Origin: an uncultured virus (IMG/VR IMGVR_UViG_3300033141_005858)
Lineage: Duplodnaviria > Heunggongvirae > Uroviricota > Caudoviricetes
Virus record (IMG/VR): IMGVR_UViG_3300033141_005858
DNA length: 64,000 nucleotides
Direction: 5' to 3' (one strand)
The notes under the pieces were generated by a model, which was not told the origin of the DNA, searched no databases, and worked only from the letters and a program-made list of their open reading frames with translations. A program made the translations under genes and the position numbers. The first letter of the stretch is position 1. Every line of letters starts with the position of its first letter. This document shows, piece by piece, positions 37,158 through 47,807 of this stretch.

Positions 37158-38222
37158 TTATGTAGCCGCTACTAAATAAGACTCCTGCTCGTTTTGTACC
37201 TCCACTGTAACTAAAGGATTCGGAGTGTCTGAACTCTTATAAACAACCGTCTCCTCACTAAAAGTAACACCATAAGTAAACACACCATCAGCCTCTGAAA
37301 TAGGCAACGCTGAATAATAAAGTCTCGGAAACCTTAACCTCAAATAATGATAATAATCACCATCACTAGTCAAATCACCTCTAGCATAAATCTCCAACGC
37401 AAGCTCTGTGTTATTCAAAAAGTCAGTATACAAATCCGAAGAAGCATCTAAATCTACAACTAAACTAGGAACAATAGACCTAGCCCCCACTTCTAAACGA
37501 CCTCGATACAAACCACTACCTGGAAAATATCCTCGACCTTCCGCAGGTGCATTATTTAATTCAACTCCCCAGCTTCGGACTCTTGTTGAAATATCCTCCG
37601 CCGCGTCACCTAATTTAATTGTCGCATAATTTGAAGCTAAATACGATAATGTAGGCATCGAAGGCATGGATAAAGTAGAACTAGAAACCACACCACTTCC
37701 AATAAAATTAGCAGAGGCACTAATGTGCTCGAAACCCTCAGCCGTCAATGAAACAGAAGTAATCGCCAAAGAAGGTATTAACCTTTTAATACCAGTAGAA
37801 ACCTTTTCAACAATTGAAGTTGTGGGCATTACCGCAGTACCTTCAGTAGCAGGATCAAAAAATGAAAATGTATGTAGATAAGTATTAGGATGCCCTCCAG
37901 AATCAGGCTGTATTGTAGTAACCTTACCCATCGCAAAAGCAAATAACCAGCCAAGAATTAAAGAGCTTCCATCCATACCACGAGTAAAAGAAGTACTCTG
38001 TGCCACCTGTCGAACAGTAGTAGGAAATTCATGTCCTTTACCATAAGTGTCTCTATCAGTCCGCAATTCCTTTGAAATTTCAGCCACACTTGGATCCGTT
38101 ATAGGATGAGTCAATGTTAAATCTCCATCTTCAAGCGCTGTTACATAATCTGATTGTTTTTTTGTAGAAAAAGCCCAAGACATATCTAAAGCACGTTGAG
38201 CTTCATAACCTGGAAGTCCCAT
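37158..38222 (-). CDS. Major tail tube protein
   Basis: Position and YLHTF / ELNN / LRLRFPRLYY-type tube motifs. Confidence 0.8.
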   Translation of the reverse strand: MGLPGYEAQRALDMSWAFSTKKQSDYVTALEDGDLTLTHPITDPSVAEISKELRTDRDTYGKGHEFPTTVRQVAQSTSFTRGMDGSSLILGWLFAFAMGKVTTIQPDSGGHPNTYLHTFSFFDPATEGTAVMPTTSIVEKVSTGIKRLIPSLAITSVSLTAEGFEHISASANFIGSGVVSSSTLSMPSMPTLSYLASNYATIKLGDAAEDISTRVRSWGVELNNAPAEGRGYFPGSGLYRGRLEVGARSIVPSLVVDLDASSDLYTDFLNNTELALEIYARGDLTSDGDYYHYLRLRFPRLYYSALPISEADGVFTYGVTFSEETVVYKSSDTPNPLVTVEVQNEQESYLVAAT

Positions 38223-38224
38223 AA

Positions 38225-38443
38225 TTAACCTCCTCTAAAAAAGTTTTTCTCTCGCTTTGGTTCCTCCCTTTCAACTTCAATTTTCTTTTTCTTTTTCACC
38301 TTCTTCCTAACAGGAACAACCAAATCTTTCAAATACTTCTCATAATCCTCTTTCGAAACATCCGTACCCTCTCCTGTAATAATAAGTGAGATTGTAGGAG
38401 TTGTCAATACTAAATAATCTGTATTTTTAGGTCTTACTTTCAT
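38225..38443 (-). CDS. Small hypothetical protein
   Basis: GGAGG RBS. Confidence 0.6.
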   Translation of the reverse strand: MKVRPKNTDYLVLTTPTISLIITGEGTDVSKEDYEKYLKDLVVPVRKKVKKKKKIEVEREEPKREKNFFRGG

Positions 38444-38457
38444 CAGTAATAAACCTC

Positions 38458-38952
38458 CTAAGCCAAATCCACGAATCTAACTCCTCGCGGACGATAATTA
38501 ACCTTACCCTCCATCAAAAATACATCTAAATCCCCACCAGAAATAAGATTAAAATCCGCAGGGGTATCTAATTCATTCTGATGAGGCAAAAGCTCGATTT
38601 CCCCACCTAAGTTATTCCCATACAAAGTTCTAAAAACATCTTCATACATTGGTAAAATCCCAACATTTGGCGGAGTTGTATCCGGACTATCCGCCATAAC
38701 CGCAGCCACATCACCATTCAAAATTTTCCCTAATAAATACAACTCAATAAAATTTATAATATACCTCTGGTTTGCAGGATATAAAGTAGGCTGTGCCCCA
38801 GCCGGACTAATTACAATAGCATAATAATCAAAATCTGGGAGTGCTTCCCTTTTATACTTTTTAATTACAACTGTATCCACATAAGACAAATAAGCAGAAC
38901 CCTCTAAAGTATATTTTAATGCTGTATAAACAGTCTCAGGAAAAATAGCCAT
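38458..38952 (-). CDS. Tail terminator-like protein
   Basis: Size and synteny only. Confidence 0.5.
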   Translation of the reverse strand: MAIFPETVYTALKYTLEGSAYLSYVDTVVIKKYKREALPDFDYYAIVISPAGAQPTLYPANQRYIINFIELYLLGKILNGDVAAVMADSPDTTPPNVGILPMYEDVFRTLYGNNLGGEIELLPHQNELDTPADFNLISGGDLDVFLMEGKVNYRPRGVRFVDLA

Positions 38953-38953
38953 T

Positions 38954-39445
38954 TTAATCCTCTTCCTTTAGCTTAATATCTAGAGTAAGAGTAACCGTAT
39001 GAGCAATATGATTCCAATAAACCACCGACTCTAGTGGAGACCCGCCTAAAACAGTCGTCTGAGCCACTCCAGACGGATAAGAATCCGATATTAATTTTTT
39101 ATTATTTATTAAAATTGTCCGTACCGCTTTTGACAAAACCCAAGCCCTATACTCAGACTCCGCTTCGTTGTTAATTTCATCTTTTCGTAAAGACACACAC
39201 AAAATATCCTGAGAAATATTCATATACTTGTCTTTTAAATTACCCTTCAAAATATCAAGAGCAAAAAAGTTACCTAAAGTTATAAAATTAAAAAAATCAT
39301 CAGGTATATCAGAACCAGCACTTACTAGAATACCATCACAAATACCATCTAATAAACCTTCAGAAAGCAACTCTGCTTCAAAAATTTCTCTTAATGCTTC
39401 CTTATGTGTAATTATATTAGCCATATTGCCGAAAACTTTTCTCAA
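38954..39445 (-). CDS. Neck/tail completion protein
   Basis: Synteny; true start likely MANII. Confidence 0.5.
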   Translation of the reverse strand: MRKVFGNMANIITHKEALREIFEAELLSEGLLDGICDGILVSAGSDIPDDFFNFITLGNFFALDILKGNLKDKYMNISQDILCVSLRKDEINNEAESEYRAWVLSKAVRTILINNKKLISDSYPSGVAQTTVLGGSPLESVVYWNHIAHTVTLTLDIKLKEED

Positions 39446-39923
39446 AGCCCTCCCGAATAGCTGACCGAATTAACAAAGAACCATCAACTACTGTTAATTT
39501 TGAAGCCTTTTCCAACAAATTCTGAGGAGGCTGCCCCCGCACAGAAAAAGTAACAACCTCTCTCTCCCCTATAAAGAACCTAAGAACTTTCGCCTTTCGT
39601 GGAACGATTGGTGTTTTGTAAGGACCCCAAATACCAGACCCTTCTTCCACATATTTAGGATAAAAAGCTTTTTTATCCTTAAAATCTGAAGACTTCCAAC
39701 CAAACGAAAAACGATAACCTCCTCTTGAATAAACACGAAGACCCCAAGCCTTTGCCCGGCTTCTCATAAAACCAGTCCGAACCGGAGTCACATTCTTTAA
39801 ATTAGTGACTGCAAGTCCCATTAATAAATTAATTTTAGATTTTACAATAGTTAAAGCCAAATCAAAACCACGAGGCACTACAGGATAAAATCCTTTATTA
39901 CTAACAAACCTAGAAACCGACAT
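39417..39923 (-). CDS. HK97 gp10-like neck protein
   Basis: TPVRTG.MRS...Y..YVEEG.G...IVP..AKVLRF...V.GQ.PQ motif. Confidence 0.75.
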   Translation of the reverse strand: MSVSRFVSNKGFYPVVPRGFDLALTIVKSKINLLMGLAVTNLKNVTPVRTGFMRSRAKAWGLRVYSRGGYRFSFGWKSSDFKDKKAFYPKYVEEGSGIWGPYKTPIVPRKAKVLRFFIGEREVVTFSVRGQPPQNLLEKASKLTVVDGSLLIRSAIREGFEKSFRQYG

Positions 39924-40474
39924 TATCCTTCCTTTGTAGGATCATAACTCTGATCCCCCCTCTCATATTTCAAAAGAGATTCTGCATACGAAGCAATAGT
40001 ACCCATTGTAGGAATTTCATCTAAACCAGGAAAGACTCTCATTACAACATTATACCAAACCTGCTTATAAGCATCGGCTGAAATATAAGAACTCGGAATC
40101 ATCGCATGACCAGTTGAAATAAAAGTATTTGCTAATTCCATAATCTCTTTAGTAAAAGAAACAGTTTCAAGCTCCCCTCCTCGACCTCCAGTAGAAAAAG
40201 ATCTTAACATCCCCTGCTCTGCAATAGAAACACCAACAGCCGGTAAAGAAAAACCAACAGCCAACATAGCTTCAGCTATCTTTAATTTGACATTATTATA
40301 ACTAGGAGAAAGGGAACCAGCAACCGCTTGATTATAACGAGTAATTCCTATTATCTCTCGCAAAAAGAAAGATGTAAAATCTAAATAAAATTGTAAAGTT
40401 CCTGCATCTACTTTTTGACTAATATTACCCGCATTCCTAACATCTTCCAAACTAGCAATTGTGGTTTCCGCCAT
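39923..40474 (-). CDS. Head-tail adaptor
   Basis: ASLEDVR start, LKIAEA.LA motif; synteny. Confidence 0.6.
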   Translation of the reverse strand: MAETTIASLEDVRNAGNISQKVDAGTLQFYLDFTSFFLREIIGITRYNQAVAGSLSPSYNNVKLKIAEAMLAVGFSLPAVGVSIAEQGMLRSFSTGGRGGELETVSFTKEIMELANTFISTGHAMIPSSYISADAYKQVWYNVVMRVFPGLDEIPTMGTIASYAESLLKYERGDQSYDPTKEG

Positions 40475-40482
40475 TACTCATC

Positions 40483-40932
40483 CTATTTTTTCTTAGGTTT
40501 ACTCCCTCCTTTTTTCGTAACCACCTTTGAACTTTTCGGTTCTTCCTCAGCTTCTTCCAACACCGGTTCAACCTGCTTCATTAAAGATTCATCCAATTCC
40601 ATATCTGCCTTCTTTTTATCCCTTAAATAAGGAATTAATTTCTTTTTCTCGTTCTTAGAACAATCTCCAATACTAAAAACACCTTGTTTCAAACCACGAT
40701 AAAGTTCAGAAGCAGTTGGCTTCCTTAACATAACCGAACCAAAAACTTCTTTTTGTTTCTTTTCGAACTCTTTCCCATCTAAATCTTCAAGCTCCTTCAT
40801 ATACAAACCAGTATAAAGAAAAATATCCCCTTCCTGATAAATATAAGGAGCCACTGTCATTCCATCAGTTTTACATACAACAATCATAATACTCTCCTTC
40901 TCATTAAGATAGCCCGCCACCACAAACCCCAC
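40483..40932 (-). CDS. Hypothetical protein downstream of the capsid gene
   Basis: True start likely MIVVC after AAGGAG. Confidence 0.6.
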   Translation of the reverse strand: MGFVVAGYLNEKESIMIVVCKTDGMTVAPYIYQEGDIFLYTGLYMKELEDLDGKEFEKKQKEVFGSVMLRKPTASELYRGLKQGVFSIGDCSKNEKKKLIPYLRDKKKADMELDESLMKQVEPVLEEAEEEPKSSKVVTKKGGSKPKKK

Positions 40933-40980
40933 CCTTTAATAATAAAGGGCACATATATAAGCCAAGAGGACAAGGAACCT

Positions 40981-41976
40981 TTAAGTCAAAACTGTACCCA
41001 AAACAACAGTATCAGGATACTTTATAGTGGGCAAGAAATGATATTCAACTAACACAAACCTAGCAGAAGGATCTTTTGTCTGCCAACTCTTAGAAAACTT
41101 ACCAGTTAAACCATCAGGAGCATCAAAATCTGCACTCGGACCTTCTAACAACTCAAAATTATCATTTCGTTTACCAAGCATTATAATTTTCTTATCTGGA
41201 ACATAAGGAACAAAAACATCAGAGCTGTTAACATATCCATTATCATAAACATGCCAATTCATACCAACGAGACCATGAATTTCTCCAGTATTCAAATATT
41301 CATCTTTTTTTCGATCTGACAAAAGGGATTGAATTTTATGATTCTTAAATACATAATCCATAACAGTAGACTGTAAATATATATCAGTCGCTCTAATACC
41401 AGAATCTTTAGCAATTAAACGCCCCCAAGTCTTAACATCTCCTATAACATCCGCATCATAATTACCACTAGCATCAGTATGATCCCACTTTACAGAAGCG
41501 GTCACTTTATGTGAAGCATCAAAACCCAAATCAATAGATACATTAGGAGCATCCGGATAAACAACTGTAATAGTACCAGTAAGCGCTTCCCAAATGGTAG
41601 ATTCAACAAACCTTTCCAGTCGTTCATTCAAATCAGCAAGCTCTCTCCGCACAGCAGCCTCTGCATTACTCTTAGCCAAATTACCAGGCGATCTAAGCCA
41701 ACGCAGAGTAGTAGGTTCAAATGCTTTCTTTTCCCTCATATAAATAAAACTAGCTGTTTTCTGACCCACTCCATGCTGACCAACTAACCTAGCTTCTCTA
41801 TTAGGATAAATAGGGTCACTCCGATACCTAGTACCCTGAACAACATCCCACACAGCTTGAGAAAAGGCATAACCCTTAGTTCTAAAGAGACCTCGACCAA
41901 CATTACCAGGAGGAGCTGTATACTTTTGTATAATCCCCGTCAAAACAGTTGGTGTTAATAAAGAACTTTCGTACAT
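40981..41976 (-). CDS. Major capsid protein (lambda gpE-like family)
   Basis: E...WEALTG.I...IDLG...H......W and VYDNGY...SKSW...DPS motifs. Confidence 0.9.
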   Translation of the reverse strand: MYESSLLTPTVLTGIIQKYTAPPGNVGRGLFRTKGYAFSQAVWDVVQGTRYRSDPIYPNREARLVGQHGVGQKTASFIYMREKKAFEPTTLRWLRSPGNLAKSNAEAAVRRELADLNERLERFVESTIWEALTGTITVVYPDAPNVSIDLGFDASHKVTASVKWDHTDASGNYDADVIGDVKTWGRLIAKDSGIRATDIYLQSTVMDYVFKNHKIQSLLSDRKKDEYLNTGEIHGLVGMNWHVYDNGYVNSSDVFVPYVPDKKIIMLGKRNDNFELLEGPSADFDAPDGLTGKFSKSWQTKDPSARFVLVEYHFLPTIKYPDTVVLGTVLT

Positions 41977-42010
41977 CTCTAACTACCTCCATTAATTTTC
42001 TACTTCTCTC

Positions 42011-42676
42011 TTAAAATAATATGGCACCCGCTGCCTCACTCTCTCTTCCTCGCAATTCCACAAGAACCAAAGGCAAAACTATATCAGGATTATCACTGAT
42101 ATTAGTCCCTGCACGAATCACAGAACTTTTCACTGCTCCACCAACCACAACCTCAATAGGAACATCCGCAGAAGTCGAATCTGCATCATAACGAGCAACC
42201 CCAACAGCAACAGCAGCCTCAGTTCCTCCATTCTTTGCATGATAATAATCAATATGAAGATAATTACCACTAGCTATCTTCTTATCCCCTATAAAAGTAA
42301 TGGAACCTTGAGTATAATTCACAATAAAATCATCATCTTCCACAATCTCCTCAACCAAACTACCATCAGACTCTTTCCGAACCTCTGCATTAGCAACAGT
42401 ACCCTTGAGTAAATAATCATTTGTCAAATTAATCTGAAAAGTATCACTACCATAAGGACCCTGCTTCTCATCAACAACAGCCACTTCGTCCATATCAAAC
42501 TTAATAAATTTCTTTGAACTTGTTTCCCATGCAACAAAATCTCCAGCCGAAACCGCCCCTTCTCCAGATTTCAAAATACCGGTAACCTGATAATAAGGAA
42601 GCGTTGTAAAAGCCAAGATTTCTGGATAGGTGGATATAGCCTGCTCGGTAATACCCGGAATCTTAACACTTTTCAT
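42011..42676 (-). CDS. Head decoration protein (gpD-like) with an inserted beta domain
   Basis: Position before the MCP; ILKSG.G.V.AG and AVGVA..DADST.AD motifs. Confidence 0.7.
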   Translation of the reverse strand: MKSVKIPGITEQAISTYPEILAFTTLPYYQVTGILKSGEGAVSAGDFVAWETSSKKFIKFDMDEVAVVDEKQGPYGSDTFQINLTNDYLLKGTVANAEVRKESDGSLVEEIVEDDDFIVNYTQGSITFIGDKKIASGNYLHIDYYHAKNGGTEAAVAVGVARYDADSTSADVPIEVVVGGAVKSSVIRAGTNISDNPDIVLPLVLVELRGRESEAAGAILF

Positions 42677-42711
42677 CGTAAAGTAACCTCCGTTAGTTTT
42701 CTACTCCCCTC

Positions 42712-44061
42712 TTAATTTTTTTTGATAATATAACCTTCTTCTTCAGCCGCTTTAATATTTCTAGCCACCATGTCTTCAACTTCTTTTTTCTTTTCCTGCT
42801 CTACATCCAACTCTTCTTTAGTTTTAACACCCTTCTCACCGAACTGAATCAAAGGACTTCCTTTACGTCTGGCTTCTTCCATACTATCAAACAACTTTTT
42901 ATCAGACAAATAAAGCTTTGTTAAAACATCCTTTTCAGAAGGTAATGCATAACCTTCAGAAAGCATAGCATCAACTCGCTTATCAGCTTCCATAGAAGAA
43001 AGTTGTTCTGTCAAAGTTTTTACTTTTTCAGAAAGTTCAGTATGGTTTGAAATAACTTCTTTTATCACGCCAGTAACTCCTTTTTCCTTAAATTCTCCAT
43101 CCGACAATTTCATCTCTTCTTTCATTTTAGTAATCAGCTCATCACTAAGTAAAGTCTCTGCATCTCCTTTATTTATTAACTCACCATCATCAATCTTTTT
43201 ATGCAGACCCAACAGTTCCTCCTTATCAGCAAGAAGCGCCTCAACATCAATATTCTCCGTTTCTTTTAGAAATGCAATAGCAGCCTCTTTTGTAAGTTTC
43301 TTATCAAGACCATCCTTATCTTTGTTTTTCGCGCTCATTATTTGTTTTCCTCCAATAAATTTTTTACTCTCGCTTAATAATAAAGGCATATAACCTTTAT
43401 CTTCTGAAAAGTCAACCTGTTCGAAACCATAAAGTTTCTCAATATATGGATTATTAACCAAAGCTACATGCTTAATAACCGCACCCAAACTTTCGCCTGT
43501 TTCTTTATCATGATAATCAAGATCTAACCACACACTTACTCCTGGCATTGTTTCTTCATCATCAATTTTCTTTTGCATTTCTTTATCACTAACACTTAAA
43601 ATCGCATAAATACCACTATCATCATAATCAAACCACTTAACAGTACCAACCTTCATCCGAGGATCTTGTGTATGCATAAGAACCACAGGAGATTCATCCG
43701 GCACTCCATTATTAAAATTTTCAACAATCTGCTTTGCCACTTCCGGAGTTATATCAAATTCTATTTCAGGATCTTCAGGATGCCGCCAAGTACCAAATCT
43801 TAAAACTTGTTTTTTATAAAGACCAACGCCACCCCTACCAGGTAAAAATCCTACTGCTTTTTCATCAAAAAATGCCATTTTACCCATCTTTGATAAAACC
43901 TCCCCAGTTTTTTGACCCTTCGCTCTTGCCCACTTATCATAACAAATTGCTTGAACCTGTTTATTAGGTCGATTAGGATCTGCTTCACTAACATATTTAA
44001 TGCATCTAGAAATAAAATCACTTTCTTTTTCATCCCTTCGAGGTGTTATATTAAGAGGCAT
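42712..44061 (-). CDS. Prohead protease/scaffold (Mu gpI-like)
   Basis: G.W.H...IVENF...H...G.V...VS......G..IKHVALVNNPYI, then a coiled-coil scaffold region. Confidence 0.85.
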   Translation of the reverse strand: MPLNITPRRDEKESDFISRCIKYVSEADPNRPNKQVQAICYDKWARAKGQKTGEVLSKMGKMAFFDEKAVGFLPGRGGVGLYKKQVLRFGTWRHPEDPEIEFDITPEVAKQIVENFNNGVPDESPVVLMHTQDPRMKVGTVKWFDYDDSGIYAILSVSDKEMQKKIDDEETMPGVSVWLDLDYHDKETGESLGAVIKHVALVNNPYIEKLYGFEQVDFSEDKGYMPLLLSESKKFIGGKQIMSAKNKDKDGLDKKLTKEAAIAFLKETENIDVEALLADKEELLGLHKKIDDGELINKGDAETLLSDELITKMKEEMKLSDGEFKEKGVTGVIKEVISNHTELSEKVKTLTEQLSSMEADKRVDAMLSEGYALPSEKDVLTKLYLSDKKLFDSMEEARRKGSPLIQFGEKGVKTKEELDVEQEKKKEVEDMVARNIKAAEEEGYIIKKN

Positions 44062-44737
44062 TTCCTAAAACCTCCAGTTCATTTTTTATTTTAAATAACC
44101 TATCTAGCTCTTCCAATTTATATTTATCTTGTTTCTGTGTTTCAATACCTACAGACTTAGCCACCCTTAACAATTTTTTCAAGGCTGCTTGTTTTAAGTT
44201 CGCAGGAGCACTCGCTTGATTTACTCTAGCCAAAGCATTTCTTAAATGTGCTTTGTCAATTTTACCATCCTTATCCTTATAAGGAAGTTTTCTCTTGCTT
44301 CTAGGAACTGTTTTCCCTTCACTATCTTTTTTACCTCCAGGTAAAATTAAAGCAAAAGCAGAATCCGGCAAAGCATTTATATAAGCAGTATCCCATTCAG
44401 CTAACCGCACTTCAGACAAATTAAATCTTCTTATCAATTTATCTAAGACTTCTAAAGCATCCTCCAATGTCATACCTCCAACTTCATTCAACAATTCTTT
44501 TCTTGAAGACCTAGGAGTAGCCGGCTCAAAATCTCCTCCACAACTTTTACAAAGACGATACGCTACTCGTATAGGCACAGAAGCCGGAATTCGTATTCCT
44601 CTTTGCTTTCTTTTACCCGCAGGATCCTTACCAAAAACCCTCTGTATTACCCCCCAACTTGTTTTCACTTCTTCAATATCCGTAATTTCAGTAACCTCGC
44701 TATCTATAACACATGAATGAAGATTACGAAATGGCAT
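44051..44737 (-). CDS. Head-associated protein (DUF6582-like domain)
   Basis: WDTAYINALPDSAFA...RKLPYKD..G.ID..HLRNALAR motif. Confidence 0.7.
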   Translation of the reverse strand: MPFRNLHSCVIDSEVTEITDIEEVKTSWGVIQRVFGKDPAGKRKQRGIRIPASVPIRVAYRLCKSCGGDFEPATPRSSRKELLNEVGGMTLEDALEVLDKLIRRFNLSEVRLAEWDTAYINALPDSAFALILPGGKKDSEGKTVPRSKRKLPYKDKDGKIDKAHLRNALARVNQASAPANLKQAALKKLLRVAKSVGIETQKQDKYKLEELDRLFKIKNELEVLGNAS

Positions 44738-44766
44738 TTTGCTATCCTATTTAAAACCCTAAAAAT

Positions 44767-44795
44767 AATCTACCATCTAAAAAACAACTTGTCAA
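44767..44795 (-). promoter_or_regulatory. Sigma70-type promoter for head/tail genes
   Basis: TTGACA-17 nt-TAGATT; shares TTGACAAGT with the promoter at 16547-16575. Confidence 0.7.
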
Positions 44796-44815
44796 GTACT
44801 TAAACCTATTTATTT

Positions 44816-46153
44816 TCATTCTTCTAACAAATCCTCATCCTCTTCTTCCTCACCACGTGGAGCGGAAGACCCTTCATTAGCTATTCTTTTTGCCTCTGCC
44901 TCCTCTTCTTCTAACCGCTTTTCAACCTCATCATAATCAACTTCTAAACCTAAATGATTTGCAACCTCCTTCTCTAACTCAAGCACAAATTCCTGAGTAA
45001 CCCCAGGAAACCTTGCACTTAAAACATTCTGAAAAGTATTCATTATTGCATTCCTAGCAGTGTCTGAAAAAGGAGTAAATACTAATTGTGGATATTTACC
45101 AGTACCAAAATTCCAATCAATTAATTGAGGAATCACCTGCTCATTAAAAACCCCAGCAATCTCTTCCAACAAAACCATAATTGATAAAAGAAATAAAGTA
45201 CTTTGATCACTAGATAAAGCAAAACTACCACCTCTGCCCTCTTGACCCAAATTTAAAAATTGAGTAAGAAAACTCATTGTCATCATACTATCGTGATGCT
45301 TTATCAATGGTATAAAATCTGCCAACCGTCTAGACGCCTCAAACGGTTCAACTTCTAAAGTATTCGGTATTGTCATAACCACAGAGGAGCCCATTGTCTT
45401 CAATGCATTCCTAAAAGCTTCTAAATCCTCAGGATTTATTCGAGGAGGGTGCTTCCCCACCCTAACCGGAATCGCATTTAATTGATAGGCTAAATGTGCA
45501 ATTGCATATAACTTATGCTTTTTATCATAATGATAAAAAACTGGATAAAAATCACTTTCCCCCATATATGGATTAGATTCTTCATTGTATATATAATAAG
45601 CTATTTTATCTTTTTTCCAAACAGGTTTATAAGTCTTCCCTTTAAATGTTGTCTCCTGCTTAGCTCCGTCAATTTCTCCATGATTATCATAAGTAAATTT
45701 TGTATCCAAAGTACTTCGATAAGCTAATTTATGTAACCAAACCTTACCATCCCTAGGCTTCCACACTTTCTCGAAAACTTTATAACCATCTCGAACTGCT
45801 AAACCCATCCGAGAAACAATTAACCGTAAAGGAGTCACCATACCACCTTCCCTCGGATTACCTAATAAATTCTGTCTTATAAAATCTGCTTCCACACCTC
45901 CATCCGGAGCCGCTTTTATCTTTGCTTTAGCCGCTTTTAAAGGATATTTAATTGCATTTAAAATAGCCTTTGCCTGACCATCATTCCTCGTCATAAAAAT
46001 AATCTGATCAAGTGTCACGTTTCGATTATCAAGAACCCCATCTTGAAAAAATTGAATCACATCTTTAATAGAACCAACAGCCCCCAACTCCCTTGATTTT
46101 CTTTCACTGGGAGGCACTAACCGTTGCCCTTCATCCAATTTCACGTTTGGCAT
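44816..46153 (-). CDS. Portal protein (Mu gp29/DUF935-like)
   Basis: GYKVFEKVW, NPYMG.S, GGSFALS and IPQLIDWNFG motifs; start moved to MPNV. Confidence 0.9.
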   Translation of the reverse strand: MPNVKLDEGQRLVPPSERKSRELGAVGSIKDVIQFFQDGVLDNRNVTLDQIIFMTRNDGQAKAILNAIKYPLKAAKAKIKAAPDGGVEADFIRQNLLGNPREGGMVTPLRLIVSRMGLAVRDGYKVFEKVWKPRDGKVWLHKLAYRSTLDTKFTYDNHGEIDGAKQETTFKGKTYKPVWKKDKIAYYIYNEESNPYMGESDFYPVFYHYDKKHKLYAIAHLAYQLNAIPVRVGKHPPRINPEDLEAFRNALKTMGSSVVMTIPNTLEVEPFEASRRLADFIPLIKHHDSMMTMSFLTQFLNLGQEGRGGSFALSSDQSTLFLLSIMVLLEEIAGVFNEQVIPQLIDWNFGTGKYPQLVFTPFSDTARNAIMNTFQNVLSARFPGVTQEFVLELEKEVANHLGLEVDYDEVEKRLEEEEAEAKRIANEGSSAPRGEEEEDEDLLEE

Positions 46154-47807
46154 TGTCTTCTTCTCCTTTACTTGTCCAAATATCAAGATTACCTAACTGA
46201 TTTTCAGACAAGACACAATTATGGACAGCCCCCGCAACTGCATCAGAACCATCCTTACCTCGCCCCTTCCTATGTTCAATCTTTCGACCTTTCCAATCTA
46301 TTAAATTAGGAATTTCTTCCTCTACTAATATTTTATGATAATAAGCTTTAAACCGCTTCTCATAAATTGCATCCTGCCAAGACTCATAAGCATCCCTAGT
46401 TCGATCTACAGACTGCTCACCAACCGGAATCCCCTCTCCTTCTAAAGTCTGCATCATCTGAATCGACTGATACCCATCAAATGTTAAAAGCTCTATCGGA
46501 AAACCCCGTTCATCAGTAAATTCAAGTATACGATCTTGAATTTCTATGTAATCTATCCAGCTACCAGGAGAAGCCTCAAAATACATAATCACATCCAGTT
46601 TAATCAAAGGAACACGAGTCGTTAAAACTTTTCCGTCTTCACTAACATCCCGATTATTAACAAAATCATAAGCATGGACAAACGCAAAAGCCGCCCGACA
46701 ACGATCTTTTGCCAAATCACAATGACCAAATCTAGGAAAATGATCTTGACATTGAAACCAAGACTTAAACCTGTTTGTAAAATGATCTACTGGATCTGGT
46801 CGCTTTACATCAAAAGCCTCATCAAGAGCCACCTTATTTTTAAAAAAAGCATCTTCAGCCACAGTAGGATCACAAAGAATTCGGCTAGCATACCTATCTG
46901 GATTTTTTCTTTTTTCTCTTGCAAAATCCTTCTCTTTCACAATTGGGTTTACTTCAAAAGTAGCTGCCTTGCTAGTAAAAACTTTTGGATCTTTTTTACC
47001 TTCTTCATAAGCAGTTGTTATATAGTCTCCTTTAAATCTAGGAAATGAAAGTAAAACAACCTTTCCAACTTTAGGAAACCTAGTCTGTACAGTTGAAGAC
47101 ACAAAATCAAAAACAGCCGAAGCAGACATAGGAATGTTCTTCCTCATTCGCTGCCTTTGTAATTCTGCTACTTCATCATCTGTTTTAAAAGCCGCGATTT
47201 CATCTAAAATTCCAATAATAATATTCATGCCTTCCTGAGATTCTGCTCCTGAATAACCACTAACCAAATAAATCCCCTTCTCAAATTTAATGTTTCTTGT
47301 CTCAATAACCCCACGTCTCTTAAAAAAAGGAGACCTTTTGGCATAATCCCGTAAAGGACTAAAAAAACAATTCGATGCCTGTTCTTTGGTCGTAGCTGTA
47401 TTCAACATGTGTATTTTTTCAACCCCAACCTGCTGATCTTCCCCCCAAAAATAAGCTTGAGGATTCTTTAAAGCTAAAAGTAAATAAGCCACCCTTAATA
47501 AAATTATCCTAGATATAAAATCCTTCCCAGAACCTTTACCCCATAGATACACCAGCTCTTTATAATAAGGACCCTTCTTCCAACCAAGTTCATATAGTGT
47601 CTTCGGAAAATAAATCTGAGTCGCGGCTTCAACCGCACGATATTGAATTTTAGAAAGCTTCGGAACCCCAATATACGTTTTATCTCTTAAAAAAACATCA
47701 AGAGGAACCGGCTCAAATTCAAAAACATCCCCAGTTTGTGGAGAAGCCTCCTCCGCCCGATCCAACCGACTGATTGCTTCATCTAATAAATTACTCGGTA
47801 GTTGCAT
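46131..47807 (-). CDS. terL: Terminase large subunit
   Basis: GKGSGKD Walker A, ILDE Walker B, HCDLA RNase H-like, FDGYQS and KDGSDAVAG motifs. Confidence 0.93.
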   Translation of the reverse strand: MQLPSNLLDEAISRLDRAEEASPQTGDVFEFEPVPLDVFLRDKTYIGVPKLSKIQYRAVEAATQIYFPKTLYELGWKKGPYYKELVYLWGKGSGKDFISRIILLRVAYLLLALKNPQAYFWGEDQQVGVEKIHMLNTATTKEQASNCFFSPLRDYAKRSPFFKRRGVIETRNIKFEKGIYLVSGYSGAESQEGMNIIIGILDEIAAFKTDDEVAELQRQRMRKNIPMSASAVFDFVSSTVQTRFPKVGKVVLLSFPRFKGDYITTAYEEGKKDPKVFTSKAATFEVNPIVKEKDFAREKRKNPDRYASRILCDPTVAEDAFFKNKVALDEAFDVKRPDPVDHFTNRFKSWFQCQDHFPRFGHCDLAKDRCRAAFAFVHAYDFVNNRDVSEDGKVLTTRVPLIKLDVIMYFEASPGSWIDYIEIQDRILEFTDERGFPIELLTFDGYQSIQMMQTLEGEGIPVGEQSVDRTRDAYESWQDAIYEKRFKAYYHKILVEEEIPNLIDWKGRKIEHRKGRGKDGSDAVAGAVHNCVLSENQLGNLDIWTSKGEEDNAKREIG

